A stretch of DNA of 64,000 bases from an uncultured Gemmatimonadaceae bacterium (GCA_963751275.1 CAVVTZ010000009.1:256001-320000); one strand, 5' to 3'; counted from the stretch's first letter, positions 53,562 to 64,000 are shown. A program made the numbers and translations. The notes: generated by a model from the letters alone, not told the origin.

Positions 53562-54662
53562 ATGCCATATCTCCCACTAAATGGCATTCGCGTGCTCGAT
53601 TTGACGCGCGTGCTCGCCGGGCCGCTCGCGACGATGATGCTCGGCGATCTTGGCGCCGATGTCATCAAGATCGAGCGGCCGCGCACCGGCGACGAGACGC
53701 GCGGCTGGGGGCCGCCCTTCGACGCGCGCGGCGAGAGCGCGTACTTCCTCAGCGTCAATCGCAACAAGCTCAGCGTCGCCGCCGATTTCTCCATCGCCGC
53801 CGATCGCGCGCTCATCGAGCGTCTCCTCGAGCGCGCCGACGTCGTGATCGACAACTTCCTGCCCGGCGCCCTCGAGCGCGCCGGCTTCGCCCCCGACGAA
53901 CTCGTGATCCAGCGCCCGGAACTCACCTGGTGCACGATCACCGGCTTCGGCCCCGAGAGCGACCGCCCCGGCTATGACTACGTGATCCAGGCCGAGCGCG
54001 GCTGGATGGCGATCACCGGTCCTAAGGCGGGGTCGCCCACCAAGATCGGTGTCGCGCTCGCCGACGTGATCGCGGGCAAGGACGCCGCGATCGCCGTGCT
54101 CGGCGCCCTCGTCGGGCGCTATCGCACGGGGCGCGGCGCCCGGCTCTTCACGTCGCTCGCGCACAGCGCCTCGGCGGCGCTGGTGAACGTCGCGCAGAAC
54201 GCGCTCGTGAGCGGGCACGAGCCGAAGCGCTGGGGGAACGCGCACCCGAATCTCGTGCCGTACGAGATGTTCGAGGCGCGCGACCGCGGCATCGTGGTCG
54301 CCGTGGGGAGTGACGCGCAGTGGGCCGCGTGCGCGCGTGCGCTGGGCCTCGACGATCTCGCCGGCGACCCGTCGCTCGCGACCAACGCCGGCCGTCTCGC
54401 GCAGCGCACGCGCATCGCGGACGCGATCGGGGCGCGCGTGCGCGAACGCGATGCCCGCCATTGGTGCGACGCGCTCGACGCGGCGGGGGTGCCGAACGGC
54501 GTCGTGCGAGGGGTGCTCGAATCGCTCGGCGATATCGACGCGTCGGCGCTCACGGGCGTGGCGCCGCTCGCGCCGTACCTTGGCACCGTGCGCCGGCCGC
54601 CGCCCATGCTCGACGAGCACGGGGCGGCGGTGCGCGCGCGCGGCTGGGATGCCTTCGCATGA
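53562..54662 (+). CDS. CaiB/BaiF family CoA transferase
   Basis: LNGIRVLDLTRVLAGP, LGADVIKIE, NRNK, PGYD. Confidence 0.93.
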   Translation: MPYLPLNGIRVLDLTRVLAGPLATMMLGDLGADVIKIERPRTGDETRGWGPPFDARGESAYFLSVNRNKLSVAADFSIAADRALIERLLERADVVIDNFLPGALERAGFAPDELVIQRPELTWCTITGFGPESDRPGYDYVIQAERGWMAITGPKAGSPTKIGVALADVIAGKDAAIAVLGALVGRYRTGRGARLFTSLAHSASAALVNVAQNALVSGHEPKRWGNAHPNLVPYEMFEARDRGIVVAVGSDAQWAACARALGLDDLAGDPSLATNAGRLAQRTRIADAIGARVRERDARHWCDALDAAGVPNGVVRGVLESLGDIDASALTGVAPLAPYLGTVRRPPPMLDEHGAAVRARGWDAFA

Positions 54663-54676
54663 GCGGCTGCTAGCGG

Positions 54677-55789
54677 GTGCGCTACCTCGGGAACAAGACG
54701 CGGCTCCTGCCGTTCATCACGGGAGCGATCGAGCGGCTGGGCATCGCGCCGGGGAGCGCGCACGACGCGTTCGCCGGCACCGCGAGCGTGGGCCGCGCGC
54801 TCAAGCAGCGCGGCTGGCGCGTGGCGTCGAGCGATCTCATGACGTATTCGTACGTCTTCCAGCGCGCGTACGTCGTGGCGCAGCGGGTGCCGAGCTTCGC
54901 CGACCTGCGTGCCGCGGACCCGGAGCTGCGCCGTGCGCTGCGAAGCGCCGGCTTCGCGCGGGCCGTCTCGGCGCGCGGCGGCGGTGCGCTGAACGCGGCG
55001 GCGGAGTACCTCGCGAAGTGGATCGAGCCCGAGACGGGCTTCGTGACGAAGAATTTCTCCCCCGACGGCGGGCGGATGTTCTTCACGGTGGAGAATGCGC
55101 GGCGCATCGACGCGGTGCGCGCGCGCCTCGAGTCGTGGCGCGCCGAGGGGCTGCTGGGCGACGACGGCTATTTCCTGCTGCTGGCGGCGCTGCTCGAGGG
55201 GGCGGACAAGGTGGCGAATACGGCGGGGGTGTACGCCGCGTACATCAAGAGCTGGCAGACGAACGCGCGGCGCGCGCTGGACCTGGTGCTGACCCCGCCG
55301 CGCCGTGGGTCGCGCGGCTCCACCGCGCACCTGGGCGACGCGGGCGCGGTGGCGGGCGCGGTGGGCGCGGTGGATCTGCTGTACGTGGATCCGCCGTACA
55401 ACTCCCGGCAGTATTCGGGTTACTATCACGTGCCGGAGTTGATCGCGCGCGGCTGGTTCGACGAGCGTCCCGCGCTGGCCGGCAAGACGGGCCTGCCGGC
55501 CCGTGGCGCCGCGCGGAGCGCCTGGTGCAGCCCCAAGCAGGCGGGCGGCGAGCTGGAGCGTCTCTTGGCCGCCACGGAGGCCACGCACGTGCTCGTGAGC
55601 TACAACTCGGAGGGGCATCTCAGCGAACAGGCGCTGCGCCGAGCATTGACCGAAGCGTCGGCCGACGGAACGGTGCGCCGGTTCGCGAAGAAATACGCGA
55701 GATATCGCGCGGATTCCGATCACGCGCGCCGAAGATATCGCGATGACGGATTGAGTGAGTGGTTGTACTACGCGCGGCTACGGCGGTGA
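54677..55789 (+). CDS. Orphan DNA N6-adenine methyltransferase (D12/FokI-like)
   Basis: MRYLGNK, DAFAGTASV (motif I), YVDPPYN (motif IV), SYNSEG. Confidence 0.88.
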   Translation: MRYLGNKTRLLPFITGAIERLGIAPGSAHDAFAGTASVGRALKQRGWRVASSDLMTYSYVFQRAYVVAQRVPSFADLRAADPELRRALRSAGFARAVSARGGGALNAAAEYLAKWIEPETGFVTKNFSPDGGRMFFTVENARRIDAVRARLESWRAEGLLGDDGYFLLLAALLEGADKVANTAGVYAAYIKSWQTNARRALDLVLTPPRRGSRGSTAHLGDAGAVAGAVGAVDLLYVDPPYNSRQYSGYYHVPELIARGWFDERPALAGKTGLPARGAARSAWCSPKQAGGELERLLAATEATHVLVSYNSEGHLSEQALRRALTEASADGTVRRFAKKYARYRADSDHARRRYRDDGLSEWLYYARLRR

Positions 55790-55972
55790 CACGTTTGCGG
55801 TTGCGGATAGTCGAGAGGGAGTCGTTGGTCGTACGCGTTTAGCACTGTTACTCCGCGCTCGGAAATTCGTCTTCTAAGCATGGCGACTGCTGCTCGACCG
55901 CAGGTTCGGTCCAGGGCCCGGATTCCAGGGCTGTCCGTAGGGCGAACAAAGCGTTACACTTTTGCTGTGAAG

Positions 55973-56536
55973 ATGAGTGTAATGGCCTCCCGCCCCGCGG
56001 ATCCGCTCGAGGCGGATCATGAAGTGATCGCCCGTGTATTGCAGGGTGATCGCAACGCCTTCGGCTCCCTGATCGGCCGCTACAGCGATCCGCTGTACCG
56101 CCATGCTTTGGGAATGACAGGCAGTCCGGACGTCGCCGAAGACATCCTGCAAGCCTCGTTCATCAAGGCCCACGCGCACCTCGCCGAGGTGCATGGGCGG
56201 TTCGATGCTTGGATCTTTCGGATCGTGGCGAATGGGTGCAAGGATTGGCTCAAGAACATTCGCCGGACGCACCTGAGCTATGAGGAGGACGACCAGCCGT
56301 CGTCCTTCGCGACACCGGAAGACGAACTGGATCGTACGGAGCTCAGGTCGGATCTCGACCGGGCGCTGCAGGCACTGGCGCCGTCGCTCCGAGAAGCTTT
56401 CGTGATGAAGCATGTGGAAGGACGGTCATACGAGGAGATGGCCGACCTGCTGGGCACGACCGTCGGAGCGCTGAAAATGCGCGTCCACCGCGCGCGTGAA
56501 GCTCTCCAAGCCCTTCTCGAGGATAAGTACGCATAA
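55973..56536 (+). CDS. ECF RNA polymerase sigma factor
   Basis: GDRNAF, AEDILQ, WIFRI, SYEEMA..GT..MRVHRAR. Confidence 0.92.
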   Translation: MSVMASRPADPLEADHEVIARVLQGDRNAFGSLIGRYSDPLYRHALGMTGSPDVAEDILQASFIKAHAHLAEVHGRFDAWIFRIVANGCKDWLKNIRRTHLSYEEDDQPSSFATPEDELDRTELRSDLDRALQALAPSLREAFVMKHVEGRSYEEMADLLGTTVGALKMRVHRAREALQALLEDKYA

Positions 56537-56952
56537 TGCTAGACAACCTGGATCCAAAAGAGCCGCGGACGCCGAAGACGCGTGAGACGCCTATTGAACA
56601 GCGCCCGCTTGCCGACCGCGAAGTGCCCCTCACGGGCCGCGCCGGCGCTGCCTCCCTGCATGCGTGGCTCGACGGCGAGATGCCCGAGAGCGCGGCGCGC
56701 GTGGGCGACGTGACGCGCGACGTGGACTTCTGGGTGCGCCTGGAAGGCGATCTGAAGGCGCGCCGCCAGATGAGCGCGCCGGCCGATCTGCAGGGCCGCA
56801 TCATGAACGCCATCGGGACGGCCTCGCCGGCCTCGGCGGCCAAGTGGTACGCCCGCAACGTCACGCTGACGGTGCCGGTCGCGACCGCCGCGGCGACGGG
56901 GCTGTTCCTGCTCGGATTGCTTGCCGGCGTAGCATATTACTACGCCCGCTGA
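56536..56952 (+). CDS. Putative membrane anti-sigma factor
   Basis: Coupled to the ECF sigma; LHAWLDGE; single C-terminal TM helix. Confidence 0.6.
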   Translation: MLDNLDPKEPRTPKTRETPIEQRPLADREVPLTGRAGAASLHAWLDGEMPESAARVGDVTRDVDFWVRLEGDLKARRQMSAPADLQGRIMNAIGTASPASAAKWYARNVTLTVPVATAAATGLFLLGLLAGVAYYYAR

Positions 56953-56971
56953 GCTCCGCTCGCTGAATTGA

Positions 56972-57009
56972 GAAGCCGGCTCCCTTCGGGGAGCCGGCTT
57001 TTTTCTTTT
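56972..57009 (+). terminator. Intrinsic terminator
   Basis: aagccggctccc-ttcg-gggagccggctt followed by a T tract. Confidence 0.9.
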
Positions 57010-57168
57010 CGGAGTGGGGAATTCCTGCTGGACCAACGGGGGCGACGTTGGACGTTAGCCCGCGTGTTGCGTGGGGAATGAGAGTGGCCCCACTCTCAGC
57101 TCCCAGCATCCACGCGGGCTAACGTCCAACGTCGCCATTCGTTGGTCCAGCAGGAATTCCCCACTCCG
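57010..57168. repeat. Family B palindrome copy 2
   Basis: cggagtggggaattcctgctggaccaacg..gcgacgttggacgttagcccgcgtg / cacgcgggctaacgtccaacgtcgcc..ggaattccccactccg. Confidence 0.92.
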
Positions 57169-57176
57169 TCGTTGTC

Positions 57177-57566
57177 TTATCGCGACAGCCTTCTCTCGAG
57201 GATGATCAGGTCCACGCGAGACCGGTAGAAATTCCTGATGCGCCCGGATTCGGTGAATCGGCACGCGAGGAAGAGCTTGAGCGCGGGCGCCAGCGCCGGA
57301 TCGCCCGGCAGCTCCACGATCAGCAGCCGCGCGCCACGCGAGCGCAGCACGTCGCACGCGCCGGCCACCAGAGCCGTTCCCAGGCCCCTCCGGCGCCGCG
57401 CCGGGTGCACGCTCACGCCCGCGACGGCTGCCGTCCCCTCGGCGCCCGCGATGTCCTCCGCGAGGATCACGCCGGCGAGTTCGCCGCGCTCCTCCCAGCC
57501 GAGCGCGAGGTCCGCGCCCTGGTCGAGCACGTCGCGCGCCTTCGCCAAGTAGCGCGACAGCACCAC
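57177..57566 (-). CDS. GNAT acetyltransferase (start uncertain)
   Basis: VHPARRRRGLGTAL; GRIRNFYR. Confidence 0.75.
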   Translation of the reverse strand: MVLSRYLAKARDVLDQGADLALGWEERGELAGVILAEDIAGAEGTAAVAGVSVHPARRRRGLGTALVAGACDVLRSRGARLLIVELPGDPALAPALKLFLACRFTESGRIRNFYRSRVDLIILERRLSR

Positions 57567-57643
57567 ATCGCCCGCGAGCAGCGCGCGCGCGGCGCGGTGA
57601 TCCTCCGGCGCGAGGGGGCGGACGCCGGCCGGATCGAGCGGGG

Positions 57644-59047
57644 TCAGATGTGGATCGCCCGCCCCATCACGCCCAGCGCGGCTTCCTTCATCGTCTCGCT
57701 CAGCGTGGGGTGCGCGTGCACGGTGAGCGCGATGTCCTCGCTCGAGCCGTGGAATTCCATCGCCAGCGCGGCCTCGGCCACCAGCTCCGAAACGTTGGGC
57801 CCAATGAGCTGGGCGCCCAGCAGCCGGTCCGTGCTCGCGTCGGCAATGAGCTTGATGAACCCGGTGTTCTCACCGGCGGTGCGCGCCCGGCCGTTCGCGG
57901 AGAAGGGGAATCGTCCCGTCTTGTACGCGACGCCGCTCTCCTTCACCTGCTGCTCGGTGAGCCCGACCGACGCGATCTCCGGCCACGTATAGACGATCGC
58001 GGGGATCGCGCCGTAGTGCATGTGCACGTTCTGCCCCGCGATCACTTCGGCGGCGATCACGCCCTCCTCTTCGGCCTTGTGCGCGAGGAGCATCCCGCCC
58101 ACGGCATCGCCGATCGCATAGACGTGCGGCAGGTTCGTGCGCATCCGGTCATCCACGGCGATCTCGCCGCGCGCACCCAGCTTGAGCCCGAGCGCGCCGG
58201 CATCGACGCCGGTGAGCGACGGCTTGCGGCCCACGGCCACGAGGACGTAGTCGGCGTCGAGGGTCTCGGTCGCGCCATTCTTCTCGACGGTCACGAGCAC
58301 TTTCTTCTTCTCGATCTTCGCGCCGGTCACCTTGGTGGCCGTGCGCAGATCCAGCCCCTGCTTCTTGAACGCGCGCTCGGCTTCCTTCACCACGTCGGTG
58401 TCATAGCCCGGCAAGATATTCGGCAGGAGTTCGACGACGGTCACCTGCGCGCCGAGGCGGCGCCAGACGGAGCCGAGCTCGAGACCGATCACGCCGCCGC
58501 CGATCACGACCAAGTGCCGCGGGACCTCGGCGAGCCGGAGCGCGCCGATGTTCGAGAGCACGCGCTCCTCGTCGAACTTGAGGAAGGGGAGCTCCACCGG
58601 CACGGAACCGGTGGCGAGGATCACGTCGGCGGCGCGGTAGGTCGTGACGGCGCCATCGGCGGCCTTCACATCCACGAGATTGCCGGCGCGCAGCGTGCCG
58701 GTGCCCTTGGCCCACGTGACCTTGTTCTTCTTGAAGAGGTACTCGACGCCATTCGTGTTCGCGAGCACCACGGCGTCCTTCCGCCTCTGCATCGTGGGCA
58801 GGTCGAGCACGGGCTTGCCCAGCACGATGCCGTGCGCCGCGGCGTCGTGGCCGGCGAACTCGAAGTGGTGCGAGCTCTCGAGGAGCGCCTTGCTCGGGAT
58901 GCAGCCGACGTTCACGCAGGTGCCGCCGAGCGTCTTGTCGCGCTCGACGCAGACGACGGTCTTGCCGAGCTGGGCGGCGCGGATCGCGGCGACGTAGCCG
59001 CCGGGCCCGCCGCCGAGCACGAGCACATCGCAAGCTTGTTCGGCCAT
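57644..59047 (-). CDS. lpdA: Dihydrolipoyl dehydrogenase
   Basis: GGGPGG, GGTCVNVGCIPSK, HAHPTLSE. Confidence 0.96.
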   Translation of the reverse strand: MAEQACDVLVLGGGPGGYVAAIRAAQLGKTVVCVERDKTLGGTCVNVGCIPSKALLESSHHFEFAGHDAAAHGIVLGKPVLDLPTMQRRKDAVVLANTNGVEYLFKKNKVTWAKGTGTLRAGNLVDVKAADGAVTTYRAADVILATGSVPVELPFLKFDEERVLSNIGALRLAEVPRHLVVIGGGVIGLELGSVWRRLGAQVTVVELLPNILPGYDTDVVKEAERAFKKQGLDLRTATKVTGAKIEKKKVLVTVEKNGATETLDADYVLVAVGRKPSLTGVDAGALGLKLGARGEIAVDDRMRTNLPHVYAIGDAVGGMLLAHKAEEEGVIAAEVIAGQNVHMHYGAIPAIVYTWPEIASVGLTEQQVKESGVAYKTGRFPFSANGRARTAGENTGFIKLIADASTDRLLGAQLIGPNVSELVAEAALAMEFHGSSEDIALTVHAHPTLSETMKEAALGVMGRAIHI

Positions 59048-59051
59048 GGCG

Positions 59052-60290
59052 CTACTCGACGAGCATGGAGGCCGGGTCTTCCAGCAGCTCCTTCATGCGC
59101 ACGAGGAAGAGCACGGCGTGCTGCCCTTCGACGATGCGATGGTCGTACGAGAGCGCGAGGTACATCATGGGGCGGATCACGACTTGGCCGTCGAGGGCCA
59201 CAGGGCGCTCCTGGATCTTGTGGAGGCCGAGGATGCCCGACTGCGGGGAATTGAGTATCGGCGTGGAGACGAGCGAGCCGAAGACACCGCCGTTGGTGAT
59301 CGTGAAGGTGCCGCCGGTGAGGTCATCCATCGTGAGCTTGCCGTCGCGCGCGCGCTTGGCGGTGGCGGCGAGTTCGCGGCTGAACTGGAGCATGCCCATC
59401 TGGTCGGCGTCCTTGATGACGGGGACGACGAGGCCCTGGTCGCTGGCGACGGCGATGCCGAGGTTCACGTAATGCTTGTAGACGATCGTGTCGCCTTCCA
59501 CCTGCGCGTTGATGCGCGGGTAGGCCTCGAGCGCCATGCATGCGGCCTTCGCGAAGAAGGGCATGAAGGTGAGCTTGACCCCGTGCTCCTTCTCGATGCG
59601 TTCCTTGAGGCGGTCGCGGACGGCGATGACCGCGTTCATGTCCACTTCGTTGAAGGTGGTGAGGTGGGCGGTGGAGTGCTGGGATTCGAGGAGGTGCTCG
59701 GCGATGCGCTTCCGGCGAGTCGTCATCTTCTCGCGCGTCTCGCGGTCTCCAGTCGGTACGGCAGACTGGGATTTTGGACTTGGGACGCTAGAAGGTGACG
59801 GCGGGGCCGCGGGCGGAGCGGCGGGGCGGAGCATGTCGTCCTTGGTCACACGGCCTTTGGGGCCGGTGGCTTGGACGGTCGCGGGGTCGATGCCGGTCTC
59901 GTCGGCGATGCGGCGGACGGAAGGCGACGTGGGGGCGGCGACTGCGGACTGACGACTGACGACTGAAGCAGGCGGGGCTGCCGGCTTCGCGGCGGCCGCG
60001 GCGGGCTGCGCCGCCGCGGGGACTGCGACGGTGGGAGTGGGAGTAGGAGCCGATGCGGTCTCGTCGATCGTGCCGAGTTCGTCGTCGACCTTCACCGTGT
60101 CGCCCTCGGCGTGGGCGCGCTTGGTGAGGACGCCGGCTTTGAAGGCCGGGACCTCGACGGTGATCTTGTCGGTCTCGAGCTCCACGAGCGTCTCGCCCTG
60201 GGCGACGGCGTCGCCTTCCTTCTTCAGCCATCGGGCGATCGTGGCTTCGACGATCGACTCCCCGAGCGGCGGTACCTTGATCGAGATCAT
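59052..60290 (-). CDS. sucB: Dihydrolipoyllysine succinyltransferase (E2 of 2-oxoglutarate dehydrogenase)
   Basis: Lipoyl ETDKI, E3-binding domain, [17 protein letters not shown]. Confidence 0.92.
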   Translation of the reverse strand: MISIKVPPLGESIVEATIARWLKKEGDAVAQGETLVELETDKITVEVPAFKAGVLTKRAHAEGDTVKVDDELGTIDETASAPTPTPTVAVPAAAQPAAAAAKPAAPPASVVSRQSAVAAPTSPSVRRIADETGIDPATVQATGPKGRVTKDDMLRPAAPPAAPPSPSSVPSPKSQSAVPTGDRETREKMTTRRKRIAEHLLESQHSTAHLTTFNEVDMNAVIAVRDRLKERIEKEHGVKLTFMPFFAKAACMALEAYPRINAQVEGDTIVYKHYVNLGIAVASDQGLVVPVIKDADQMGMLQFSRELAATAKRARDGKLTMDDLTGGTFTITNGGVFGSLVSTPILNSPQSGILGLHKIQERPVALDGQVVIRPMMYLALSYDHRIVEGQHAVLFLVRMKELLEDPASMLVE

Positions 60291-60377
60291 GGGCCGGTGT
60301 GCGGGTGCGGCGCGCGTTGCTGGCTGCGCGGCGGGCCAGTAGGATTCAGCGACTCAATATAACCCGGGCCACCACTC

Positions 60378-61421
60378 GTGCGAGCACTCACGATCTCCGC
60401 GCACGGCGGAATCGAGCGGATCACTTACAAGACGGATGTGGCCGAGCCGGCGATCGCGGCGCCGACGGAAGTGCGCGTGCGCATCCACGCGGCGGCGCTG
60501 AATCATCTCGATCTGTTCGTGGTGAATGGCGTGCCCGGGGTGACGATCACGAAGGACTGGATCCTTGGCGCGGACGGCGCCGGCGTCGTGGATGCGGTGG
60601 GGTCCGCCGTGACGAACGTGAAGCCGGGGGACCGGGTGCTGCTCAATCCCGGCGTCAGCTGCCGCGAGTGCGAATACTGCCGCGAGGGCGACCAACCGCT
60701 CTGCGTGAAATACGGCATCCTCGGCGAGCACCGCCCGGGAACGCTCGCCGATCTCATCGTGGTGCCCGCAGTGAACGCGTACGTGATCCCGGCGGACGTG
60801 AGCTGGGAGGTCGCGGCGGCCTTCCCGCTCGCGACGCTCACGGCGTGGCGCATGCTCGTGTCGCGCGCGAAGCTGCGCGCGGGGGAGACCGTGCTGATCT
60901 GGGGGATCGGTGGCGGTGTGGCGCTGGCGGCGCTGCAGATCGCGAAGCGGATCGGTGCGCGCGTCTTCGTCACGTCGGGGAGCGCCGAGAAGCTGGCACG
61001 CGCGAGGGCACTGGGCGCGGACGAGACGTTCGACCATCATCAACAGGACGTGGCGAAGGAGATCCGCGCGCTGACCGCCAAGCGGGGCGTGGATGTCGTG
61101 GTGGACAACGTGGGCGCGGCGACGTGGAAGCGATCGCTCCTCGCGCTCGGAAAGCGGGGCCGCCTCGTGACGTGCGGCGGCACGTCGGGGCCGATCGTGG
61201 AGTCCGATGTGCGGCGGATGTTCTGGAACCACCTCACGCTCATGGGGAGCACGATGGGAAATGACGCGGAGTTCGCGGCGATCATGGGGGCGCTCGCGGA
61301 GGGCGCACTCGTGCCTCCGGTGGACTCGGTGTTCCCGCTCGCGGAGGGGCGTGCGGCGTTCGCGCGGCTCGAGAGCGCGCAGCAATTCGGGAAGATCGTG
61401 GTGCGGGTGGCCGGCGCATGA
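60378..61421 (+). CDS. Zinc-binding alcohol dehydrogenase/quinone reductase (MDR)
   Basis: ALNHLD, ILGADGAG, CRECEYC...C, GIGGGV. Confidence 0.92.
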   Translation: MRALTISAHGGIERITYKTDVAEPAIAAPTEVRVRIHAAALNHLDLFVVNGVPGVTITKDWILGADGAGVVDAVGSAVTNVKPGDRVLLNPGVSCRECEYCREGDQPLCVKYGILGEHRPGTLADLIVVPAVNAYVIPADVSWEVAAAFPLATLTAWRMLVSRAKLRAGETVLIWGIGGGVALAALQIAKRIGARVFVTSGSAEKLARARALGADETFDHHQQDVAKEIRALTAKRGVDVVVDNVGAATWKRSLLALGKRGRLVTCGGTSGPIVESDVRRMFWNHLTLMGSTMGNDAEFAAIMGALAEGALVPPVDSVFPLAEGRAAFARLESAQQFGKIVVRVAGA

Positions 61422-61798
61422 AGATGCCGCTGCCGTCGCGCTATGCCGACTACGACACGAAGGGGCACGTGAACAACGCCGTGTATCTCACCTATTTCGA
61501 GATGGCGCGTCACGCGGCGTGGGTGGAGCAGATGGGCGGCGGCGCGGACTTCCCGTTCATCATCGCCGAGGCGACGGTGAAGTACGTGAGCGAGGCGATG
61601 ATCGGCGAACCGCTCGAGATCGAGATGGTCACGAGCGAGGTCCGCACCAAGGCGTGGGTCTGGTCGTACATCATTCGCGACCGGCGGGACGCGCGGGTGG
61701 TGGCCGAGGGGAAGACGGTGCAGGTGATGTATGATTATGCGGGGCGCAAGACGATCCCGATCCCCGATGCGTTCCGCGCGCAGTTGTTGGGCGTCTGA
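61418..61798 (+). CDS. Acyl-CoA thioesterase (4HBT family)
   Basis: RYADYDTKGHVNNAVYLTYFE. Confidence 0.9.
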   Translation: MKMPLPSRYADYDTKGHVNNAVYLTYFEMARHAAWVEQMGGGADFPFIIAEATVKYVSEAMIGEPLEIEMVTSEVRTKAWVWSYIIRDRRDARVVAEGKTVQVMYDYAGRKTIPIPDAFRAQLLGV

Positions 61799-61800
61799 GC

Positions 61801-62025
61801 GTGGCCGAGCACGCGCGCTACGAGTCGGCCGAGGAGCAGGCGATGCGTGATACGATCGCCGCGGGCAGGGCGCCTGAATGTCCGCGCTGCCACGTGGCGA
61901 TGACGGAGCGCGCGATCGGGGGCGGGAGCTTCGGTCTCGGCTACGCCCGGCGGCGGCAGTGGTACATTTGTCCGCAGTGCCGGCGCAGCGCCATCTTCAA
62001 TGTGAAACGGGGGACACGCACGTGA
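61801..62025 (+). CDS. Small zinc-finger-like hypothetical protein
   Basis: CPRC..CPQC. Confidence 0.6.
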   Translation: MAEHARYESAEEQAMRDTIAAGRAPECPRCHVAMTERAIGGGSFGLGYARRRQWYICPQCRRSAIFNVKRGTRT

Positions 62026-62054
62026 AGGGAACCGCCACGACGGAGGTCCGGACC

Positions 62055-63317
62055 ATGGGCCGTTCGCACCGCTTCGCGCAGTGGGTGCCGCTCGTGCTGC
62101 TCGCGCTGGGCGCGGCAGCGTGCGGCGAGACCAGGATCCACGCGCCGCCGCCGCCCCCGCCGATGTCGGGGGGCGATGCATCCACGCCCGAGCTGCCGGC
62201 CACGACGCCGGCGCCGCCCTTCCTCTCGCTCGTCGCGGGCGGCGACGTCTCCTGCGGCATCGTGGGCGAGGGCGATCTGTACTGCTGGGGGCGGAACGAT
62301 CTCGGCCAGGTGGGCGACGGCACGGGCGTGCAGCGCATGCTGCCGGTGCCGGTGGGGAAGGGGCAGAAGTGGCTCGCGGTGGCGCCGGGCGGGTCGCACA
62401 CGTGCGCGCTCGCGGAGAAGGGCGCCACGTATTGCTGGGGTTCGGGATTGTACGGCGAGATCGGCAACGACACGATCGGGCAGACGCTCGCGCCGATCCA
62501 CGTGGCCACGGTGCCGCCGTTCGTATCGATCGCGAGCGGCGAGAATCATTCGTGCGGGCTGACCGCCGCGGGCACGCTCTGGTGCTGGGGCGACAACCGG
62601 CACGGCGAGCTCGGGCGCGGCGACACGCTGCCCGCGCACAAGGCGGTGCCGGTAGCGCCGGGGATCACTTTCCGTTCGATGACGCTGGGCGGGCACGCGA
62701 CCTGCGCGGTGACGACCGACGCCAAGCTGTACTGCTGGGGCCTCGACAACGGCGGCGCGCTCGGCTATCTGGCGACGTCCATCTGTGAGGAGAGCGCCGG
62801 GGTGACCAGCGTATGCGCGCTGTCGCCGCGGCGCAGCGCCGCCGATTCGCTCGTGCGCCACGCGGCGCTCGGATACGAGCACGCATGCTCCCTCACGCCC
62901 GGGGGCACGGCGCGATGCTGGGGGACCAACGGCGGCGGCGAGCTGGGCACCGGGAGCCGCGACTCGGCCGGCCCGAGCCCGGTGGCGGGCGATCTGCATT
63001 TCGCCGCGGTCGCGGCGGGCGTCGCGTTCACGTGCGGCCTCGCGAAGGAGGGCGATCTCTACTGCTGGGGGACCAATTCCGAGGGACAGACGGGCACCGG
63101 CTCGGGCGCGGACTCGCCGCTGCCGACGATCGTGCAGAGCCCGTCGCGCTTCGTCACCGTGAGCGCGGGACGCCAGCATGCGTGCGCGATCACGACCGAG
63201 CACGCGGGCTATTGTTGGGGCGATGATTCGTTCGGGCAGGTGGGCGGCATCGCGAAGCGGCGCAGCTTCACGCCGGACCTCGTCGTCTTCCCCCAGGCGG
63301 ACACGACCTCGCAATGA
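62055..63317 (+). CDS. RCC1/BLIP-II repeat lipoprotein
   Basis: About 7 repeats of G..HTC.L...G..YCWG.N..G.LG; lipobox AAAC; GGAGG RBS. Confidence 0.9.
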   Translation: MGRSHRFAQWVPLVLLALGAAACGETRIHAPPPPPPMSGGDASTPELPATTPAPPFLSLVAGGDVSCGIVGEGDLYCWGRNDLGQVGDGTGVQRMLPVPVGKGQKWLAVAPGGSHTCALAEKGATYCWGSGLYGEIGNDTIGQTLAPIHVATVPPFVSIASGENHSCGLTAAGTLWCWGDNRHGELGRGDTLPAHKAVPVAPGITFRSMTLGGHATCAVTTDAKLYCWGLDNGGALGYLATSICEESAGVTSVCALSPRRSAADSLVRHAALGYEHACSLTPGGTARCWGTNGGGELGTGSRDSAGPSPVAGDLHFAAVAAGVAFTCGLAKEGDLYCWGTNSEGQTGTGSGADSPLPTIVQSPSRFVTVSAGRQHACAITTEHAGYCWGDDSFGQVGGIAKRRSFTPDLVVFPQADTTSQ

Positions 63318-64000
63318 GCTTCTTCGAGCGGCTCCAGCAGAGCCTGCTGAAGGTGGCCGATCTGCTCCCGTCGCTCGGCGGCGCGCTCGTCATCCTGTTC
63401 GCCGGCTACGTGGTGGCGCGGATCCTGGGACGCGGCGCCGACCGCCTGCTCGCGCGCATGGGTCTCAACCGCTGGCTGACGCGCGGCACCGTCACGGCCG
63501 AAGCGGCGCCGCTCATCCGCCGCCGGCCGGCCTCGCGGATCGCGGGGAACATCGTCTTCTGGTCGCTGATGTTCACGGTGATCCTGATCGCGGCGAACAT
63601 GCTCGGGCTCGAGTCGCTGGAGAACGTGTTCCGCGAGCTCGTCGGGTACATCCCGAGCGTGATCGCGGCGATCGCGATCATCCTGCTGGGGATCATCCTC
63701 GGCGAATTCGTGGACGGATTGATCATCGCATCGGCGGGCTCGGTGCACGGCGGCGTGACGCTCGCGCGCGTGGGACGCGGCGGCGTGATCCTGCTCGCGG
63801 TGTTCATGGCGCTGCAGGAACTGGGCGTGGCCACCGAGATCGTGACCACCGCTGTCGCGATCCTCTTCGGCGCGCTCGCGCTCGCCTTCGCGTTGTCGTT
63901 CGGATTGGGCAATCGCGAGCTCGCGGGGGAGATCACGCGCGAATGGTACGATAACCTCCGAAAGGAACGGATGGCGGTGGACCGTGAGACCGCCGAGCGG
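63314..64000 (+). CDS. MscS-like conserved TM-helix protein (CmpX-like), runs off the window
   Basis: MSFFERLQQSL..LPSLGGALVIL; YIPSVIAA; ALAFALSFGLGNRELA. Confidence 0.8.
   Translation, partial: MSFFERLQQSLLKVADLLPSLGGALVILFAGYVVARILGRGADRLLARMGLNRWLTRGTVTAEAAPLIRRRPASRIAGNIVFWSLMFTVILIAANMLGLESLENVFRELVGYIPSVIAAIAIILLGIILGEFVDGLIIASAGSVHGGVTLARVGRGGVILLAVFMALQELGVATEIVTTAVAILFGALALAFALSFGLGNRELAGEITREWYDNLRKERMAVDRETAER

Overview
This is a GC-rich bacterial chromosomal window. The gene content (ADOP-type orphan permeases, M28 peptidase, RCC1 lipoprotein, ThyX) suggests a Gemmatimonadota- or Acidobacteria-like organism; that assignment is an inference. Most of the window is housekeeping and metabolic genes: arylsulfatase, a GltD-like flavoprotein plus a 2-oxoacid:acceptor oxidoreductase (korAB), a ddl-like/ddl-like/GNAT/kamA operon, thyX, ppk2, a TPP riboswitch with thiC-thiS-thiG, hbd and thiolase, a leuB-like dehydrogenase, rnhA, an argE-like peptidase, an orphan adenine methyltransferase, an ECF sigma factor, and sucB-lpdA. 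Many genes between about 25 and 43 kb carry single-base frameshifts that are probably long-read assembly errors. The most striking feature is non-coding. About 18 long (115-300 bp) intergenic inverted-repeat elements, mostly built from 7-9-mer sub-repeats, fall into about 8 families. One family forms a 7-copy array between consecutive genes at 10-22 kb. A four-helix-bundle gene (TIGR02436/bAvd-like) at 29.3 kb sits between ~75-bp inverted arms. The same arms occur as an empty hairpin at 39.7 kb, and they share their inner core with the 7-copy family. This suggests a REP/RAYT-analogous system of autonomous and non-autonomous elements associated with a four-helix-bundle protein rather than a recognised transposase. 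All identities and alignments were done by eye.
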